From Gemmatimonadota bacterium (GTDB taxonomy: Bacteria; Gemmatimonadota; Gemmatimonadetes; Longimicrobiales; Gaopeijiaceae), in contig JBDHHQ010000010.1 of the NCBI GenBank assembly GCA_039589315.1, positions 1 to 64,000 of the forward strand: a DNA stretch of 64,000 nucleotides, read 5' to 3'. The position numbers and the translations under genes are program-made. Below, piece after piece: positions 36,537 through 45,082 of the stretch (positions are counted from its first letter, which is position 1; each line of letters starts with the position of its first letter). The notes under the pieces were generated by a model. That model searched no databases. It was not told the origin of the DNA and saw nothing but the letters and a program-made list of their open reading frames with translations.

Positions 36537-38348
36537 GTGTCATCAGGGCTCATTGACGAGTTCGTCGTCCGCGTCTCCCCGCGCGGCGACCCGGACCTCG
36601 AAGCCTCCCGACGGCTTCAACTGGAAGAGCTCGCCAGGGGAAGGCGCACGGCCGAGGTTCGGACCTCCTCGTGGCAGATTCTTCTGGCCTTCCCCAGCGA
36701 CAGCGACGTCTCGACGGATCCTGCAGGGCGGGTCACCGTGCTGCTGTTCGGGGAGCTGTTCAACGACGACATGCGCGAGGCGCGGGCGGTGGCGTCCGCC
36801 TACCGGGACCGGGGCGACGCCTTCGCTCGAGACCTGAACGGGTCGTTCACGATCGTCCTCGTGGACCCGGACGAGGATCGGGTGGCCGTGGTATCGGATC
36901 GTGCAAACTTCCGCCGAGCCTTCCACGCAGTGACGGCGAACGAGCACTGGTTCGCATCCTCGCTCTGGGACCTGCCCACACACCGATTCGAGGTGGACGC
37001 GGTGGGCGTGGCGTGGTACGTCTCCAACGGCGTCATGCATGCGGGGCGGACGCCCTACTCGGGCATCCGCGCTCTTCGCCGGGCCTCCGTGCACGACGTA
37101 CGTCCGGGAGGCATCGAAACGCGGGGATACTGGGAATACGGGTTCGTCGTCGGCGACCGCCCCGTGGCCGACGACGTGGCCCTGGACGAGCTGTGGGAGC
37201 GTCTGGTCGCTGGCGTCCGTCGCCGCTGCCCGGGCGACGCGGCACCCTGGCTCTCCCTCAGCGGTGGCTACGACTCGACGGCCATCGCGTTGATCCTGTC
37301 ACGTGAGGCCGGGGTGGACGATGTCCGCTGTCTGTCCTACGCCCGGGAGGGCGCCCGCCCCGACTCGGACGCCCACGCCGCCGCCCGGTTGGCCCGGACG
37401 TTGGGATACCGGCATACGACCTACGAGAGCTACCGGGGGGACCTCCTGGCCCACATCCGGGACAACGCGAGGCTGGGTGAAGGAGTCGCCCACCGGTGTG
37501 ACGAGGTCGACGCCTGGACCGAGGCGGGCGCCGAGGCGGGCGCCGTGGCGGGAGGGCCCGGGCTGCCGTCGCTCTTCGTGGGTGATCACCTCCTGGGAGA
37601 CGCCCCTGAGCGCCGCGAGAGGAGCCGATCCCGGAAGCCACCCGGGGGGCTCTTGTCTTTCGACAGCGTGGGTTGGCTGAGATCGGCGCTTTCGGAGGCG
37701 CTACTGCGCACGTTCGCGGAGGGAATCCGGTCCGACATCGAGGAGCTGCGGTCCAGGAGCGCGCACCTCGGCGACCGGGCCCGCGGCTTCTTCTACCTCG
37801 ATCAGCGACTCGGAGACACCGTCTTCCCGTGGCGACAGCGCTTCGCGGGTCCCGCGTTCTCGGTGCGGTGGCCGCTCATGGACAACGACGTCCTTGACTT
37901 CATGTCGTCCCTGCCGAACTCGGTGCGGGCGACGCACCTCTACCACCGGACCCTCCGAAGGGCGTTCCCGGAGGTCTACGCCCGTCCGAGAGCCACCCAG
38001 CCAGGCTACTACCTGGATCTCCCCGGCGAGATCGTGGCTCATCACGACCGTTTGCGAGCCAGGCTCCAGGAGACCACCAGCCGGCTCGACGATCTGCTCG
38101 CACCAGAAATCGGCCTGACGCTTCTCGGACGGGTGCGACGCGGACACGGGGCGATAGGCCGCCTGGCCGAACGGGGCAGCAGGGTCCGCCGCCGCATGGC
38201 CCGGGCGTACCGCGCCTGGCGAGCCAGGGAGGACGGGGGTGGTGCGAAGTCGTCCGTGCCCGAAACGCTGCGCCGCCTCATGATCCTTCGGGAGGCCCTG
38301 GGACCGTCGAGCGCGAGTCGTCATCAAGGGGTGGAGCCCTCGTCCTGA
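36537..38348 (+). CDS. Asparagine-synthetase-like ATP-dependent amide ligase lacking the N-terminal catalytic Cys
   Basis: LFGELFN, LNGSFTIVLVD, PP-loop LSLSGGYDS, RWPLMDNDVLDF; GAGGAG RBS before GTG. Confidence 0.8.
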   Translation: MSSGLIDEFVVRVSPRGDPDLEASRRLQLEELARGRRTAEVRTSSWQILLAFPSDSDVSTDPAGRVTVLLFGELFNDDMREARAVASAYRDRGDAFARDLNGSFTIVLVDPDEDRVAVVSDRANFRRAFHAVTANEHWFASSLWDLPTHRFEVDAVGVAWYVSNGVMHAGRTPYSGIRALRRASVHDVRPGGIETRGYWEYGFVVGDRPVADDVALDELWERLVAGVRRRCPGDAAPWLSLSGGYDSTAIALILSREAGVDDVRCLSYAREGARPDSDAHAAARLARTLGYRHTTYESYRGDLLAHIRDNARLGEGVAHRCDEVDAWTEAGAEAGAVAGGPGLPSLFVGDHLLGDAPERRERSRSRKPPGGLLSFDSVGWLRSALSEALLRTFAEGIRSDIEELRSRSAHLGDRARGFFYLDQRLGDTVFPWRQRFAGPAFSVRWPLMDNDVLDFMSSLPNSVRATHLYHRTLRRAFPEVYARPRATQPGYYLDLPGEIVAHHDRLRARLQETTSRLDDLLAPEIGLTLLGRVRRGHGAIGRLAERGSRVRRRMARAYRAWRAREDGGGAKSSVPETLRRLMILREALGPSSASRHQGVEPSS

Positions 38349-38473
38349 GCTCGGCGCTTCCATCAGGGTTGATCCGGGCACCGCGTCTGCCCCAACGTGG
38401 AAGGGACGACCGAGCCACCGAGTCGCCCGACACGGCTTCAGGCCACGAGGGTTGATCCGCAACCCCGGTCCCC

Positions 38474-40420
38474 ATGGCCATTCGAATACGAACGCTTGGG
38501 ACACTCCAGATCTACCGCGACGGGGAGGAGCTGAGCGAGCTGCTCTCCCAGAAGCTCCGGTGTGCGCTGCTGCTCTGTCTGTCCCTGGACGGTCCGGTCA
38601 CGCGCGACGAGCTTCTGCCGCTGCTATGGCCGGACCGGAGCGCGGACCGGGCGCGACATTCCCTGAGTCAGGCCCTTTACGGGCTGCGGCAGGATCTGGG
38701 GAGCGATTGGCTTCAGACTCGAGGAGACCACCTCTCCGTCTCCGGTGACGTCGTCGTCGACGTACTCGCCGTCCGCAACGCGATGGAGCGGGGAGCGTTC
38801 GACGAAGCGCTGCGACAATACGAAGGACCCTTCCTGGCCGGTGTTCATCTCGTCGGCGGCAACGAGTTCGAAACCTGGACGGACCGATGGCGGGACCGCC
38901 TCCGACGCTGGCACCGCCAGGCCCTCAGCGAGGCGGTCCGGTCTCACCGTGCCGCCCGCCGGCTGGAGGAGGCGCTGCTCATGGCTCGCCAGTGGGTCGA
39001 GCAGGAACCCCTGGACGACGAGGCGCAGCACATTCTCATCGAGCTCCTGGGGGAGGCGGGCCGTCGCAGTGAGGCCCTCCGACAATACGAGCACTACGCG
39101 GATCTGCTCGCCTCGGAGCTCGATGTCGAGCCACTCGAGCAGACCCGTGCGCTGGTGGCGCGGATCCGTGAAGGCGTCACCGGGCAGCCCCCCGGCGATG
39201 AGGCGCCGGGTACACCGCCCACCCGGCCCGCAGGCTCTCCCGCGGGTCAGTGGACCGAGAAGCAGCTCGCACAGGAGCTGGCTCCACAGTTGGAGATCGT
39301 TCGGCTCCTGGGACGAGGGGCCATGGCCAGCGTGTTCCTGGCGCGAGAGCCCGCGCTGGGCAGGCTCGTGGCAGTCAAGGTCCTCCGGCCCGAGCTGTCC
39401 GAGGACACGACCTCCCGCCTCCGCTTCGAGCGGGAGGCGCGGTCGGCGGCACGAATCTCCCACCCCAACGTCGTCACGATCTACTATGCGGGAGCCCTTT
39501 CCTCAGGGGCACCCTACATCGTCATGGAGTACATCCACGGACGGACCCTATCCGAGCACGCCGCCGCTACCGGTGGCCTCGAGGCCAGTGAGGTGCGACG
39601 CATCGTGGCGGAGGTCGCCTCCGGCCTCGCGGCCGCCCACGAGAAGCACGTCGTCCACCGGGACGTGAGGCCCGCCAACGTGCTCATCGAGGAACGGTCC
39701 GGAAAGGCGTTCCTGACCGACTTCGGCGTTGCTGCCATCCTGACCACCGGCGAGGACACGGGCCCCCGCCTCACCAAATCCGGGGAGATCGTGGGCAACC
39801 CCATGTATGTGAGTCCCGAGCAGTTCGCCGGTGCCCGGGGCACCGAGCAGGCGGACATCTACAGTCTGGGCATGCTCTCGTACGAGATCCTCGTGGGCGA
39901 GGGCGGGTCCAACCCGCTGGCGGTGGCACAGCTCCGAGGCGCGAACCAGCGGATCACCGACGTCCGCGGCGACGTGGACGAGGCCACCGACGCGCTGGTC
40001 GAGCGGTGCCTTTCGGGCCGGCCCGAGCTCCGTCCAACGGCCCAGGACGTGGCCAACGAGCTCAGGAGCGATCCCACACCGAGAGTGGTCCCGCCGCCCC
40101 CTCCGGTGCCGGCTACCTACGGCGGTCTGCTGGGCGCCTTGCTGGAACGGAGGATCTTCCAGGCCGTCGGTGCCTATGTCGCCGCTTCCTGGCTGACCAT
40201 CGAGGCGACGGACCTCCTCACCGAGCCGCCGATCCTCGAGGTCCCCTGGTTCCCGCTGGTCCTCGTCACCCTCTCCCTGGGTCTAGTGGGGGTGGCGGTG
40301 GTCGCGTGGTTTCACGGCCAGAAGGGCCCGCAATCCGTCCCCCGTCGGGAGGTGTGGATCCTGGGCTCGCTCACCGTGGTCTGGCTGATCACCAGCCTCG
40401 TGTTGCTGGCCCGCATCTGA
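38474..40420 (+). CDS. SARP-type wHTH/BTAD + Hanks Ser/Thr kinase + membrane domain fusion
   Basis: IRTLGTL, LLWPD..RARHSLSQALYGLR, YEGPFLAG, EPLDDEA; kinase GRGAMASV, VAVK, HPNVV, HRDVRPANV, TDFG, YVSPEQ; three C-terminal TM helices with WFHG.KGPQ. Confidence 0.88.
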   Translation: MAIRIRTLGTLQIYRDGEELSELLSQKLRCALLLCLSLDGPVTRDELLPLLWPDRSADRARHSLSQALYGLRQDLGSDWLQTRGDHLSVSGDVVVDVLAVRNAMERGAFDEALRQYEGPFLAGVHLVGGNEFETWTDRWRDRLRRWHRQALSEAVRSHRAARRLEEALLMARQWVEQEPLDDEAQHILIELLGEAGRRSEALRQYEHYADLLASELDVEPLEQTRALVARIREGVTGQPPGDEAPGTPPTRPAGSPAGQWTEKQLAQELAPQLEIVRLLGRGAMASVFLAREPALGRLVAVKVLRPELSEDTTSRLRFEREARSAARISHPNVVTIYYAGALSSGAPYIVMEYIHGRTLSEHAAATGGLEASEVRRIVAEVASGLAAAHEKHVVHRDVRPANVLIEERSGKAFLTDFGVAAILTTGEDTGPRLTKSGEIVGNPMYVSPEQFAGARGTEQADIYSLGMLSYEILVGEGGSNPLAVAQLRGANQRITDVRGDVDEATDALVERCLSGRPELRPTAQDVANELRSDPTPRVVPPPPPVPATYGGLLGALLERRIFQAVGAYVAASWLTIEATDLLTEPPILEVPWFPLVLVTLSLGLVGVAVVAWFHGQKGPQSVPRREVWILGSLTVVWLITSLVLLARI

Positions 40421-40585
40421 GGCCGTCACGGCCCGGAGCTGTTTCCACGGATGGCGCCTGGCCGTAGTCTCTCACGGTGCCTCACCGGGGCCGGCGCTTG
40501 TCACGGGTCGTGACGGCGCTTCAGATTCGTAGGTTCGGGGGTGCCCGGGAGGCACCCCGGACCCGGATTCTCCTGGGAGAAGTTC

Positions 40586-41305
40586 GTGCTCCGAGCGATT
40601 ATCGCCCTCGGCTTCCTCGTCGTCTCCACCCTGATGATCTGGGGTGCGTTCATCGTGGGCGCCGACTCCGACGAGGGATCTCTGTTCATCAACCTGGGAA
40701 CCGAGATCTTCGGGATTCTGATCACCGTCGCCCTGGTCGAGTGGCTTTTCGAGCGGAGGCGGCTCCAGGACCGGGGCCGCGAGCTGGCGTGGAATGTGTT
40801 CCACTCCCTGGAGCGCGCTGTCTGGGTCTGGCAGGGCGGTCCGATCCAAATGGGCACCGACTCCTTGCTCGGGCTGATCCACGGGATCGGCAAGACCGAT
40901 CCCCTTCCCAGATTCACCCGCACCCTACTGGTCAACCTCGGAAGCCAGAGCCGCGAGGCCCTGGACAAGGAAGCTCCGGCGATCCGCCTCCTGCCGGGTA
41001 TGGAGCCCGCCCTGGAGGATCTGACCAGCCTTCGCTCGCTTTCCGACGGGGATTCCGCGGTCTCGATCCGCATGGTGACCGAGGTCCTGGAATCGGCGAC
41101 CACCGGGCTCGGTCAGGTCCTTCACCTGTCAACGCAGCCGATCCCGGCCGCCCTCATTCGGTACCGGGATTCGACGGAGCGAGCACAGGAGGAGCGCTAC
41201 TACGCGGGGAAGAGCTGGACTCCCAAGGCCGAGGGCCGGGGCGAGTCGGGGGTCGCGGGCAGCCAGGCCCCCGCTCCGTCCTCGGATCGACCGAGCACCG
41301 CGTAG
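40586..41305 (+). CDS. Hypothetical membrane protein (two N-terminal TM helices)
   Basis: Hydrophobic N-terminus, INLGTEIFGILITV; GGAGA RBS before GTG 40586. Confidence 0.65.
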   Translation: MLRAIIALGFLVVSTLMIWGAFIVGADSDEGSLFINLGTEIFGILITVALVEWLFERRRLQDRGRELAWNVFHSLERAVWVWQGGPIQMGTDSLLGLIHGIGKTDPLPRFTRTLLVNLGSQSREALDKEAPAIRLLPGMEPALEDLTSLRSLSDGDSAVSIRMVTEVLESATTGLGQVLHLSTQPIPAALIRYRDSTERAQEERYYAGKSWTPKAEGRGESGVAGSQAPAPSSDRPSTA

Positions 41306-41325
41306 CCCGGCTCGACCGCCGCACC

Positions 41326-42306
41326 CTAGGCGGCTTCGAGCTCCCGCCCCCACGCGGCGAGCGCGCGCTCGAAGTATCCCGGATTGAAGAGGAACCACTC
41401 GCCCAGGTCGGCCGGAAGGCGGAACTCGTCCGCCGCTGCGGAGGAGGGTACGCCGCGCTCGAAGGCCCGCCGTGCGCTGGATTCCACGTGGTCGAGGACT
41501 GCGATGTACCTGTCGAGAGCATCCTGATCGGCCAGCGGCCCGTGGCCCGGCACGTAGACCGTGTTCCGCTCACGACGAAGACCTCGCACGGAGGCCGACA
41601 GGAGTGAGGGCACCGCGTCCACGTAGTTGGGGAACATCTCATTCCACACCAGGTCGCCGCAGAAGACGATGCTCGGATCCACCAGCTCCACGGTCACGTC
41701 GCTGGCGGTGTGGCCGGATCGGGGGATCACGCGAACCGCGCGCCCTCCCAGGTCCAGCGAGGTCTCCTGGCGGGGATCGAGTGGCTCCGCGCCGGCCAGG
41801 ATATCGGCCCGAGCACGGGGGACACGACCTTCCCCGCGCGCGTCGGCAGCTCGAATCAGCCCGACGGTGACCTCGCTCAGGTGGAACCCGGGCCGCTCGT
41901 CCGCGTCCCCCCCCGAGCCCTCCAACCCGCCGGAGTGATCTCCATGGTAGTGGGTGACGACCACATGGGTCGGCCACCTCCCGGCCAGCCGACGGGCCTG
42001 CTCGGCCATCCAGCGGGCACCCTGGTCGCTGGCGAAGCTCTCGATGACGAGAAGGCCGTCTTGCCCCGCGACGATGCCACCGTTGCACAGGGTCGTCCGG
42101 TCGTCGAGCGGGGTGGAGACCAGCGCCCAGATACCGTCGGCCAACCTTTCGAGTCGGCCCCAGGGCTCCTGCGCGACCAGGGTCCCCAGGGGCTGACGGG
42201 CGAAGAGACTCCTGGCGGCCTCTCGACGACCGGAGGCCATCAGGCCCAGGTGAGCCAGGCAGGAGGCCCCCGTTGCGAGGAAGGCCCGGCGCCCCATAGT
42301 GAACAT
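41326..42306 (-). CDS. Tat-exported metallo-beta-lactamase-fold hydrolase
   Basis: Twin-Arg GRRAFL; THYHGDH, GHTASD, FCGDL, VPGHG. Confidence 0.9.
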   Translation of the reverse strand: MFTMGRRAFLATGASCLAHLGLMASGRREAARSLFARQPLGTLVAQEPWGRLERLADGIWALVSTPLDDRTTLCNGGIVAGQDGLLVIESFASDQGARWMAEQARRLAGRWPTHVVVTHYHGDHSGGLEGSGGDADERPGFHLSEVTVGLIRAADARGEGRVPRARADILAGAEPLDPRQETSLDLGGRAVRVIPRSGHTASDVTVELVDPSIVFCGDLVWNEMFPNYVDAVPSLLSASVRGLRRERNTVYVPGHGPLADQDALDRYIAVLDHVESSARRAFERGVPSSAAADEFRLPADLGEWFLFNPGYFERALAAWGRELEAA

Positions 42307-42381
42307 GATGACCCTCCCGTGCGTACCGATTCTCGGAGCTGAGTCTCATCCGAGGAGCCACCGTAACGTTGGAGGAGCCAA

Positions 42382-42879
42382 ATGACCAACCGCGCCGGCT
42401 CGTCGCATGCGAGCGAAGGTCCCCGCTTCGCCGCGAAGCGTGACTGGTGGGTTTCTCTTCTGCTCTGGGTCGCCGTAGCGACGATGGTCGGGGCGAGCTG
42501 GATGGTGCTGGGGGACCCGGACGCGGACCCCGCCGCACGGATCGGCATGTTGGCGACGTCGGTGGGAAGCGTGGCCTTCGTCCTCTGGCTCCTCTACGGG
42601 ACCTACTACGGCTTTCGGGAGGGAGAGCTGTATGCCCGCGCCGGCCCCTTCCGCTGGCGCGTCCCGCTCCAATCCATCGACGAGGTGCGGCCCAGCCACA
42701 ACCCCCTGTCCGCCCCGGCTCCCTCACTGGATCGGCTGGCGGTCCGGTACCGGAACGGACGCCGGCTCCTGCTCATCTCCCCAGCGGACAAAGCCGCTTT
42801 TCTGAGGGCCCTGGTCGCGAGGGCACCCCACCTGGGTATCGAAGGCGACCGAGCCGTGAGGGTGGGGACGGACCCCTGA
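42382..42879 (+). CDS. Membrane-anchored bacterial PH-domain protein
   Basis: AKRDWW, two TM helices, NPLSAPAPSLDRL, LISPADK; GGAGG RBS. Confidence 0.8.
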   Translation: MTNRAGSSHASEGPRFAAKRDWWVSLLLWVAVATMVGASWMVLGDPDADPAARIGMLATSVGSVAFVLWLLYGTYYGFREGELYARAGPFRWRVPLQSIDEVRPSHNPLSAPAPSLDRLAVRYRNGRRLLLISPADKAAFLRALVARAPHLGIEGDRAVRVGTDP

Positions 42880-42930
42880 GCCCGGCCCCGCCCCGGAGCC
42901 TCGGGGCGGCCCCAAGTGCCCGGCGCATGG

Positions 42931-44886
42931 CTAGGCCCGGGGCACGGGGACCTCGACGCGAAAGCCCGGGAAGGGACCGCGAGGCGCGACCTCCACCCGA
43001 AGCGGTGTCTGGGGATCCAGCTCTTCGGGCAAGAGGACGTCGATGCCCCACGCCCGCGTCGTGGGAATCAGCTCGATGCCGGGCCTGAACTCGCGGACGA
43101 GCACGTCGGGGTGTCGGTCGTCGAAGTCCCGGCCTTCTACCTCGATGGCCCGCCACACGGCACCATCCTGTCGCGTCACGAGGGCGAAGAAGCTCTCCGC
43201 GAAGGTGAGGCGCACCGACGCTGGCATCCGCCACCGGATCTCTACCCGCCGGTCCTTGCGCGTGACGGCGGGGTCCAGTGGCCCGAGCGCGGGACCGTCG
43301 GAGACATCCGTGAACGCCCGTATGCGAGCGCCCACGTCGAACTCCACGGCGGCTCCATGTCCGGGGTTCGGCACGGGGCCCGTGGCCAGGCGCAGAATCC
43401 GCGCCTCCAGGTGACGGGCCGAGTTCCTGCCGTATAACGTCGATGACCCCTCGTAGTGCTGCAGCCAATACTCCTGCTCCGTCGCGAAGTAACCGCCGTA
43501 GCTGCCGGCGTATCCGAGGATCATGGCGGTGTCGGCGCCGGTGGCGTCCAGGAGGGCGCGTTCGATCCGGGACGCCGTGGTGGCGGTCGGCTCTCCGGGC
43601 ACGGTGGCCAGGATGTGCCCACCCACGCGGAGCACGTGAAGCGGTAGCCGATCGCACGGTTGCAGGCCCACGAGAAAGCCCAGGAGCTCCTGGAGCACCC
43701 CCAGTGCCCGGACCTTGGGGTACTGCGGGTGGTCCTCTTCGAAATGGTCTCCAGGCATGCCTTCCCGGACGAGGCCCAGGTCATAGAAGAGCGTGCGGCT
43801 CTCCTCCGACCCGCCGATGGTGGGCGCGCCGTAATCCCAGTCCTTCGCCAGGACCGTGTCCGCTCGGCCGCCCACGGTCCGCTCGCGGACCGACCGATCC
43901 TCGAACCGCATCTCCAGGTCGAAGGGCTCGGAAGCATCCCTGGCCCGACCCACCGCCTCGGCTACCGCGTCGCCCACCCGCTCCCCGAGGCTACGTGCCA
44001 ACTCCACGCCCCGCCCACCGGGTGAGAGGGTGTTGGCCGTCACGTCGCCCGCTCCCGAGAGGCCGACGGCCACGACGGGCTCCGCACCGTCCTGGGAGAG
44101 GGTCAGGCGGGCACTGCGCACGGCCCACCCCGGCCAGTCGGCGCAGAACACGTCCCCGCCCGGCCCCAGTGCGGTGCTGTGACAGCCGAACGTCGCGAGG
44201 ACGCCGATGGTGCTGTCGTCGTCCGCGCTGAACGCCGCCAAGGCGGTGACTCGGGGATCGACGGCACGCTCTTGCGGAGATAGCCCATCCGGAGCACCCT
44301 GCCCCGGCCGATCCGGCAGCCACCAGGTCGAGGAGTCGCTGTTCGCGTGGAACGGCTCCAGACTCCGGTTGCGGGACACCTGCCAGAGCTCGGTCACTCC
44401 GACCCCGAGCTTGGCGGGTCGAGCCGCTGCGGCCGCAGCGCCGATGGCAGCCGCGAAACGCGACGAGACCCAGTTGGCGAATCCCTCGTCGAAGCCCTGA
44501 GCGACCTGCCCGGTCGTGTCGTAAAGGGTGTTGCCGTAGAAGTTGCCAGGGCCCGTATGGGTGTGCGTGCCGGCCAGGATCAGCCGATCCGTGGTGATCC
44601 CACAGGTGGTGGCGGTTTCGAGGGCGGTGCGCTCCAGAAGGAATCGGGACCCGGAGTGGAGGTCGGCCACCACGATGGCGGCCCGGTGACCCTGCGCGTC
44701 CTCGAGGAAGAGGACCCGTGCCCACAGGCGTCCCCTGTAGCCCCGGGCCCGCTTCCCCTCGGTGGAATAGCCCGCCATGGCCAGGTCCAGGGATGGCGTG
44801 ATGTCGACCTCGGCCGCCCCCGCCCGGCACACTCCGGTGGGATCCGTGGAGCGCGGCGCTGGTCGGGTGAAGCGGATGATGGCCAT
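42931..44886 (-). CDS. Neutral/alkaline non-lysosomal ceramidase-like amidohydrolase
   Basis: AGAAEVDITP, MAGY, LWAR, THTHTGPG, NRS, GCHST, VPGEPT, YFATEQEY..QHYEGSSTLYG. Confidence 0.85.
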   Translation of the reverse strand: MAIIRFTRPAPRSTDPTGVCRAGAAEVDITPSLDLAMAGYSTEGKRARGYRGRLWARVLFLEDAQGHRAAIVVADLHSGSRFLLERTALETATTCGITTDRLILAGTHTHTGPGNFYGNTLYDTTGQVAQGFDEGFANWVSSRFAAAIGAAAAAARPAKLGVGVTELWQVSRNRSLEPFHANSDSSTWWLPDRPGQGAPDGLSPQERAVDPRVTALAAFSADDDSTIGVLATFGCHSTALGPGGDVFCADWPGWAVRSARLTLSQDGAEPVVAVGLSGAGDVTANTLSPGGRGVELARSLGERVGDAVAEAVGRARDASEPFDLEMRFEDRSVRERTVGGRADTVLAKDWDYGAPTIGGSEESRTLFYDLGLVREGMPGDHFEEDHPQYPKVRALGVLQELLGFLVGLQPCDRLPLHVLRVGGHILATVPGEPTATTASRIERALLDATGADTAMILGYAGSYGGYFATEQEYWLQHYEGSSTLYGRNSARHLEARILRLATGPVPNPGHGAAVEFDVGARIRAFTDVSDGPALGPLDPAVTRKDRRVEIRWRMPASVRLTFAESFFALVTRQDGAVWRAIEVEGRDFDDRHPDVLVREFRPGIELIPTTRAWGIDVLLPEELDPQTPLRVEVAPRGPFPGFRVEVPVPRA

Positions 44887-45082
44887 GGAGACCCCCTGAC
44901 AGTGCGGCGGCGAACGCGGGGCTCGAGGCGGGCTCGGCCTCGGGCGGGGGGGTGTCGCCAGACTACGAGGTCACGGCATCGCCGGCCAGCCCGCGTCACC
45001 TGTCGCGCGTCACCCCGGGACCGGGGGCACGGCGAGGGGGCACCCACCGCCCCCGGGTGGGTGCCCCACCACGCTGCTGTCC

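Noticed and set aside
36537..38348. Lasso peptide cluster
   Set aside because: No RRE/PqqD (B1) or transglutaminase-like (B2) gene and no convincing precursor nearby.
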